Below, in pieces: positions 59,864 through 64,000 of a DNA stretch of 64,000 bases. The stretch's first letter is position 1. Every line of letters starts with the position of its first letter. The notes below the pieces were generated by a model. The model saw only the letters and a list, made by a program, of their open reading frames with translations. It was not told where the DNA came from and ran no database searches. Source of the DNA: Collinsella aerofaciens. GTDB lineage: Bacteria; Actinomycetota; Coriobacteriia; Coriobacteriales; Coriobacteriaceae. Location: assembly GCA_047014445.1 (NCBI GenBank), contig JBKXPS010000002.1, positions 88,505 to 152,504 on the forward strand, read 5' to 3'. A program made the position numbers and the translations under genes.

Positions 59864-60193
59864 GGGGCTATGGTACCCCAAAGCGGCGCGTCTAGCCAAA
59901 ACATTCCAATTGGAAACACGGCTCGAGTGCAACGATGCAGACCGTGTGATGCTCAACATTGATAAAACGTTTTTTCTTCGGTGCATCATCAAACTGAAAT
60001 ATCGCCCAGATAGCAGCGGTTAGAACGGTTGGTAAAGTTTTTGCATATACCGTTTTTACCGCAAAAAATGAACTTCTAATTCGGCATACGGTCGATTTTT
60101 TGGGGTATTCGGTCGGCATTTCGTTATAATCATCTCAGTTTTATTTCTTATGGTTTATCTATCAGCGCAAGACGATGTCAGATGGAGGTCTGA

Positions 60194-61654
60194 ATGTACA
60201 AGCGCACCAAGATTGTATGCACCATGGGTCCCGCCTGCGATAGCGACGAGACCATCCGCGAGATGATTAAGGCGGGCATGAACGTCGCCCGTTTTAACTT
60301 CTCGCACGGATCCTACGACGAGCACCACGGTCGCATCGAGCGCGTCCGTCGTATTTCCAAGGAGCTCGGTCTGCCCGTCGGCATCCTGCTCGACACCAAG
60401 GGCCCCGAGGTCCGCACCGGCCTTCTGGTCGATGGCAAGAAGGTTGCCGTCAAGACCGGCGACAAGATCGTCGTCACCGCTCAGCCCACGTCCGAGGATT
60501 TCCACGGCACCGCTGAGCACATCTCCCTCGACTACCTGGCTCTGCCCTCCGAGGTCGAGAAGGGCTCCCTTATCCTGATCGACGACGGCCTGGTTGCCCT
60601 CGAGGTCGAGTCCGTCGACGGCCAGGACATGACCTGCGTCGTCAAGAACGACGGCCTGATCGGCGAGCGCAAGGGCGTCAACATGCCCAACGTCAACATC
60701 TCGTTGCCCGCTATCACCGAGCGCGATCGTCAGGACATCCTCTTTGGCCTGACCGAGAACATCGACTACATCGCCGCTTCCTTCATCCGTGACGGCGAGT
60801 CCGTCCGCGGCATCCGCGAGCTTTGCCGCGAGAACGGTGGCGAGCACGTGACGATCTTCCCGAAGATCGAGTGCGCCCTGGGCGTCGAGAACTTCGACGA
60901 GATCCTCGAGGCTTCCGACGGCATCATGGTCGCCCGTGGCGACCTGGGCATCGAGATCAAGCCCGAGCTCGTTCCGCACATCCAGAAGGAGATCATCGCC
61001 AAGTGCAACGCGGCCTACAAGCCCGTTATCACCGCTACGCAGATGCTCGACTCCATGCAGCAAAACCCGCGCCCGACGCGCGCCGAGGTTGCCGACGTTG
61101 CTAACGCCATCTACGACGGCACCGACGCCGTTATGCTCTCTGGCGAGTCCGCTGCCGGTAAGTACCCGGTTGAGGCCGTCAAGATGCAGGCCAGCATTGC
61201 TCTCGAGACCGAGAAGTACCTCCCGGCTCACGCTCCGCTCGAGGTTCCGGCCGATGCTCACGGCACCCGCGTTGTCAACAACGTTGTGGGTATGTCCGCT
61301 GTGAACATGGCTACCACCGTTGGCGCCAAGTGCATCACCGTGCCGACGACCACCGGTCGTACCGCTCGCCTGATTTCGCACTTCCGTCCCAACATGCCGA
61401 TCTGCGCGTTCTCCCGCCACGAGTGGGCCGTCCAGCAGATGATCATGTACTGGGGCGTTATCCCGCACCAGGCCGAGATTACCCAGGGCACCGTCAACGG
61501 CACGATCGTCAAGGCGATCGAGACCGCTAAGGAGCTCGGCTACGTCGAGGCCGGCGATCTGACCGTCGCTACCGCCGGCGATCCCCGCATGAGCGTCCAG
61601 CTCGAGGACAAGGTCTCCTCGACCAACGTCGCTTACGTCGCTCAGGTGCGCTAA
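60194..61654 (+). CDS. pyk: Pyruvate kinase
   Basis: RTKIVCTMGP, ARFNFSHG, DTKGPE, MVARGDLG and TATQMLDSM motifs. Confidence 0.97.
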   Translation: MYKRTKIVCTMGPACDSDETIREMIKAGMNVARFNFSHGSYDEHHGRIERVRRISKELGLPVGILLDTKGPEVRTGLLVDGKKVAVKTGDKIVVTAQPTSEDFHGTAEHISLDYLALPSEVEKGSLILIDDGLVALEVESVDGQDMTCVVKNDGLIGERKGVNMPNVNISLPAITERDRQDILFGLTENIDYIAASFIRDGESVRGIRELCRENGGEHVTIFPKIECALGVENFDEILEASDGIMVARGDLGIEIKPELVPHIQKEIIAKCNAAYKPVITATQMLDSMQQNPRPTRAEVADVANAIYDGTDAVMLSGESAAGKYPVEAVKMQASIALETEKYLPAHAPLEVPADAHGTRVVNNVVGMSAVNMATTVGAKCITVPTTTGRTARLISHFRPNMPICAFSRHEWAVQQMIMYWGVIPHQAEITQGTVNGTIVKAIETAKELGYVEAGDLTVATAGDPRMSVQLEDKVSSTNVAYVAQVR

Positions 61655-61682
61655 ATCGTACTTGCAAGCACACTTGCATTGC

Positions 61683-61719
61683 AAAGGGCCCGGAAGGCAT
61701 TGCCTTCCGGGCCCTTTTT
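61683..61719 (+). terminator. pyk terminator
   Basis: AAAGGGCCCGGAAGGC-ATT-GCCTTCCGGGCCCTTTTT. Confidence 0.85.
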
Positions 61720-61883
61720 CTGTGCCAATGCCGCCGCACGGCAAAACACGCACTCATTTCTTTACCAAAAGCGCGAAATCCACCCTTCGAGGCCCAAAAA
61801 ATAAGGCTCTGTTAGACCAACATTGACATATAGGTGATGCCACCGTGGTATAATAGCCGTAAGCACTACGGCATTGGAGCATC

Positions 61884-62939
61884 ATGAACGCCGAAGACCT
61901 GGTCATCACCTTCAAAAAGAACATGGCGAATCTCAGCAAAACCGAGCGCCGCCGCGCGATCGAATCCGTCAGGGACGTGATCCGCGCGGCGGCGTTCGAT
62001 GACGCGGCCGGCTCCTCCTATGAAGTCGAATGCTGCCCGCGCTGCGGGTCAGTCGCGATTGTGAAGAAGGGGAAGGCCAAGAACGGAGAGCAGCGCTACC
62101 TCTGCCGAGACTGCGGTAGGACCTTCGGCATGGGCAGTGAGCGTATCCTGGGAACGAGCAAGCTCCCGAAGGAGACCTGGATGGCCTACGCCGAGTGCTT
62201 CGTGCTCATGCTGCCCCTGCGGGAATGCGCGAAGCGCTGCCACGTCTGCCTCAAGACCGCCTACACCATGCGCCACAGGCTGATTGAGTGCCTTTCGGCC
62301 TACTCCCCCTCGTTCAAGGTCGAACGGGGCTGCGGCTGCGAGCTCGACGAGACCTATTTTCCCGAGTCTTTCAAGGGCAACCACACGAAGGGGTCGTTCA
62401 CGATGCCGCGTCCCTCCCGACATCGCGGCAAGCAGGTGCACAAGCGCGGGCTGTCGCGCGAGCAGATCTGCGTTATGACCGGCGTGAACGACTCGAACGA
62501 AACGTTCTTCGAGGTCTCGGGGCGGGGCGTCCTGTCGAGGAAACGCGCCATGGATGTGCTGAGGGGCCGCATCATGTCCGGTTCCGTCGTGGCGACGGAC
62601 AAGGCGTCCGCCTACGTCGACGTCCTCGCCGAGCTCGAGGTCGCCGCGCATACTGCCTACGATTCCAAGGACCGCTCCGAGGGGACCATTAACCGGATCA
62701 ACACCGTCCATTCGCTCCTCAGCACCTTCATGGAGCCGTTCAGAGGCGTGTCGACGAAGCACCTCGATGCCTACCTCGCCTGGTTCAAGTGGTGCCGGAC
62801 CTTCATGGCGACCGATTCCGGCACCGCCGAGCGCACGGTCGCGCGACAGATCGCGAACGGCGTATGCAGGAGCCGCATCCGTGACATGTTCAACATCCTG
62901 CCGCCCTATATGGACTACTGGGTCGCATCCGCCGCATAG
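61884..62939 (+). CDS. IS1595-family (ISXO2-like) transposase
   Basis: Zn ribbon CPRC...CRDC, HTH, ELDETYF, ATD and [16 protein letters not shown] motifs. Confidence 0.92.
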   Translation: MNAEDLVITFKKNMANLSKTERRRAIESVRDVIRAAAFDDAAGSSYEVECCPRCGSVAIVKKGKAKNGEQRYLCRDCGRTFGMGSERILGTSKLPKETWMAYAECFVLMLPLRECAKRCHVCLKTAYTMRHRLIECLSAYSPSFKVERGCGCELDETYFPESFKGNHTKGSFTMPRPSRHRGKQVHKRGLSREQICVMTGVNDSNETFFEVSGRGVLSRKRAMDVLRGRIMSGSVVATDKASAYVDVLAELEVAAHTAYDSKDRSEGTINRINTVHSLLSTFMEPFRGVSTKHLDAYLAWFKWCRTFMATDSGTAERTVARQIANGVCRSRIRDMFNILPPYMDYWVASAA

Positions 62940-62985
62940 AGACGATAAAATGGTTGCACCGTGATATACGAGGAAAGGTACAACC

Positions 62986-63183
62986 ATGCCGTCGAACATA
63001 CCCGCCACGACGATTCGCATCGAACCGGAGGTCAAGAAAGAGGCTACCGTCATCCTCGACGAGCTCGGCCTGTCTATGTCCACTGCCGTCAATGCGTTCC
63101 TCAAGGCTCTCGTCCGGGAGGGCGGGATGCCATTCGAGATGAAGGTCAAGACGTCGGCATCTGACGGAAAAACGGTGAGATAG
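62986..63183 (+). CDS. RelB/DinJ-family RHH protein
   Basis: TIRIEPEVKKEA..LDELGLSMSTAVNAFL..VREGGMPFE; RBS GAGGAAAGG. Confidence 0.85.
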   Translation: MPSNIPATTIRIEPEVKKEATVILDELGLSMSTAVNAFLKALVREGGMPFEMKVKTSASDGKTVR

Positions 63184-64000
63184 TTGGCAAATCAACTTGA
63201 AACGCAGCTGGCACTGGCCTCTTCGCTCGGATTGTCGGAGCTGTCGAAAACCGCGATCATGCGCGGGCTTTTCTCGCTGGACGGCACTCAGATAAAGTAT
63301 TCCTTCCGCAGGACGAAAAGCTATCAGATCAGCGATCCCGAGGAAAAGGTCAGGGCCGACGCCGTAGCGTTTCTGGTCCTGTCGAAAGGCTATGATTCGC
63401 GAAAGATCGATACCGAGGTGGAAGGCTCGCACAACGATTTCGCGGATATCGTACTCTACGAAGACGACAGATGCACGAAGCCCTGGCTAGTCGTCGAGAA
63501 CAAGAAAGAGGGCGCGACTCCGGCTGAAAGGGCGGAAGGGGAAGCGCAGGCCTTCGCCAACGGCATCGCGCTGGGCGCAAAATACACCATGAAGGACTAC
63601 GGAGACGAGTCATGCGTCTGGCAGCTCGAGGGCTTCGGCGCTAGGGAGCGCAGGAGAAATAAGCTGGGCGACAGAGAACTTCTTCCGAGGAACTACTCTC
63701 AGGATATGGTGTATCCGCTTCACGCGGGCACGGAAATGGATATTAAGCCGGCGAGCGCCTTCGATATCAGCATCGCCATCAGGCGCGCGCACTCCATCAT
63801 TTGGGCTGGAGGAAAACGCGATCCGCTATCGGCTTTCGATGAGTGGAGCAAGCTGATGTTCGCCAAGGTCCGCGACGAGCGCTACACGCGAAACGGCCAC
63901 CCCCGCTCGTTCCAAGCTGGTGTCAACGAGTCCGACTCGGCTATCGCCACGAGGGTCCACAAGCTGTTTAGCGACGCTAAGGAGCAAGATCAGGCCATTT
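63184..64000 (+). CDS. Fused restriction endonuclease / N6-adenine methyltransferase (HsdR_N plus HsdM_N-like; type IIG/I-like), truncated by window
   Basis: Manual translation from TTG 63184: PEEKVR, ADIVLY...LVVENKK (PD-(D/E)XK), then AHSIIWAGGKRDPLSAFDEWSKLMFAKVRDE; open to the window end. Confidence 0.8.
   Translation, partial: MANQLETQLALASSLGLSELSKTAIMRGLFSLDGTQIKYSFRRTKSYQISDPEEKVRADAVAFLVLSKGYDSRKIDTEVEGSHNDFADIVLYEDDRCTKPWLVVENKKEGATPAERAEGEAQAFANGIALGAKYTMKDYGDESCVWQLEGFGARERRRNKLGDRELLPRNYSQDMVYPLHAGTEMDIKPASAFDISIAIRRAHSIIWAGGKRDPLSAFDEWSKLMFAKVRDERYTRNGHPRSFQAGVNESDSAIATRVHKLFSDAKEQDQAI

Larger units (their letters stand above)
61805..64000 (+). mobile_element. IS1595-family element, left end; possibly carries passenger genes beyond the window
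   Basis: GGCTCTGTTAGAC candidate left TIR after AT-rich AAAAATAA; no reverse-complement copy found in the window. Confidence 0.55.

Noticed and set aside
59892..60119. 75-aa ORF between the ATPase and pyk
   Set aside because: Lies in an AT-rich divergent promoter region, with no RBS or motif support

Overview
GC-rich bacterial chromosomal region. Gene content and protein similarity suggest a gut Coriobacteriia actinobacterium (Collinsella-like; inferred, not verified). Most genes are on the minus strand: an MIP channel plus larA, ppc, hisS, an M20 amidohydrolase, an EamA transporter, two YhgE/Pip proteins, htpG, a CpsBCD-type tyrosine phosphoregulatory module, phoR/phoB/pstB, a VanRS-like two-component pair facing a D,D-carboxypeptidase, serS, proC, rlmH, SPFH, tatD, rsmA, metG, rsmI, a GH5, a toxin-antitoxin pair, a 12-gene Tad/Flp pilus locus, rsgA and a P-type ATPase. 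pyk is on the plus strand. There are six tRNA genes (Ser-GCT, three Arg-ACG, Leu-CAG, Phe-GAA), complete IS3 and IS30 elements, and an IS1595-family transposase followed by a RelB-like gene and a window-truncated restriction-modification gene. The most striking signal is non-coding. Five of the six tRNA genes are followed by a homologous unit of constant 189-191 bp period. Each unit has a terminator-like hairpin, an antisense copy of that tRNA's own T-arm, a shared structured core (GNA triloops, tandem G.A pairs, compensatory changes) and a second copy of that tRNA's 3' end including CCA. Other candidates: a two-state riboswitch-like leader on the P-type ATPase, large branched intergenic palindromes, an IS1595 element possibly carrying an R-M system, and a GH5 lacking its acid/base glutamate.
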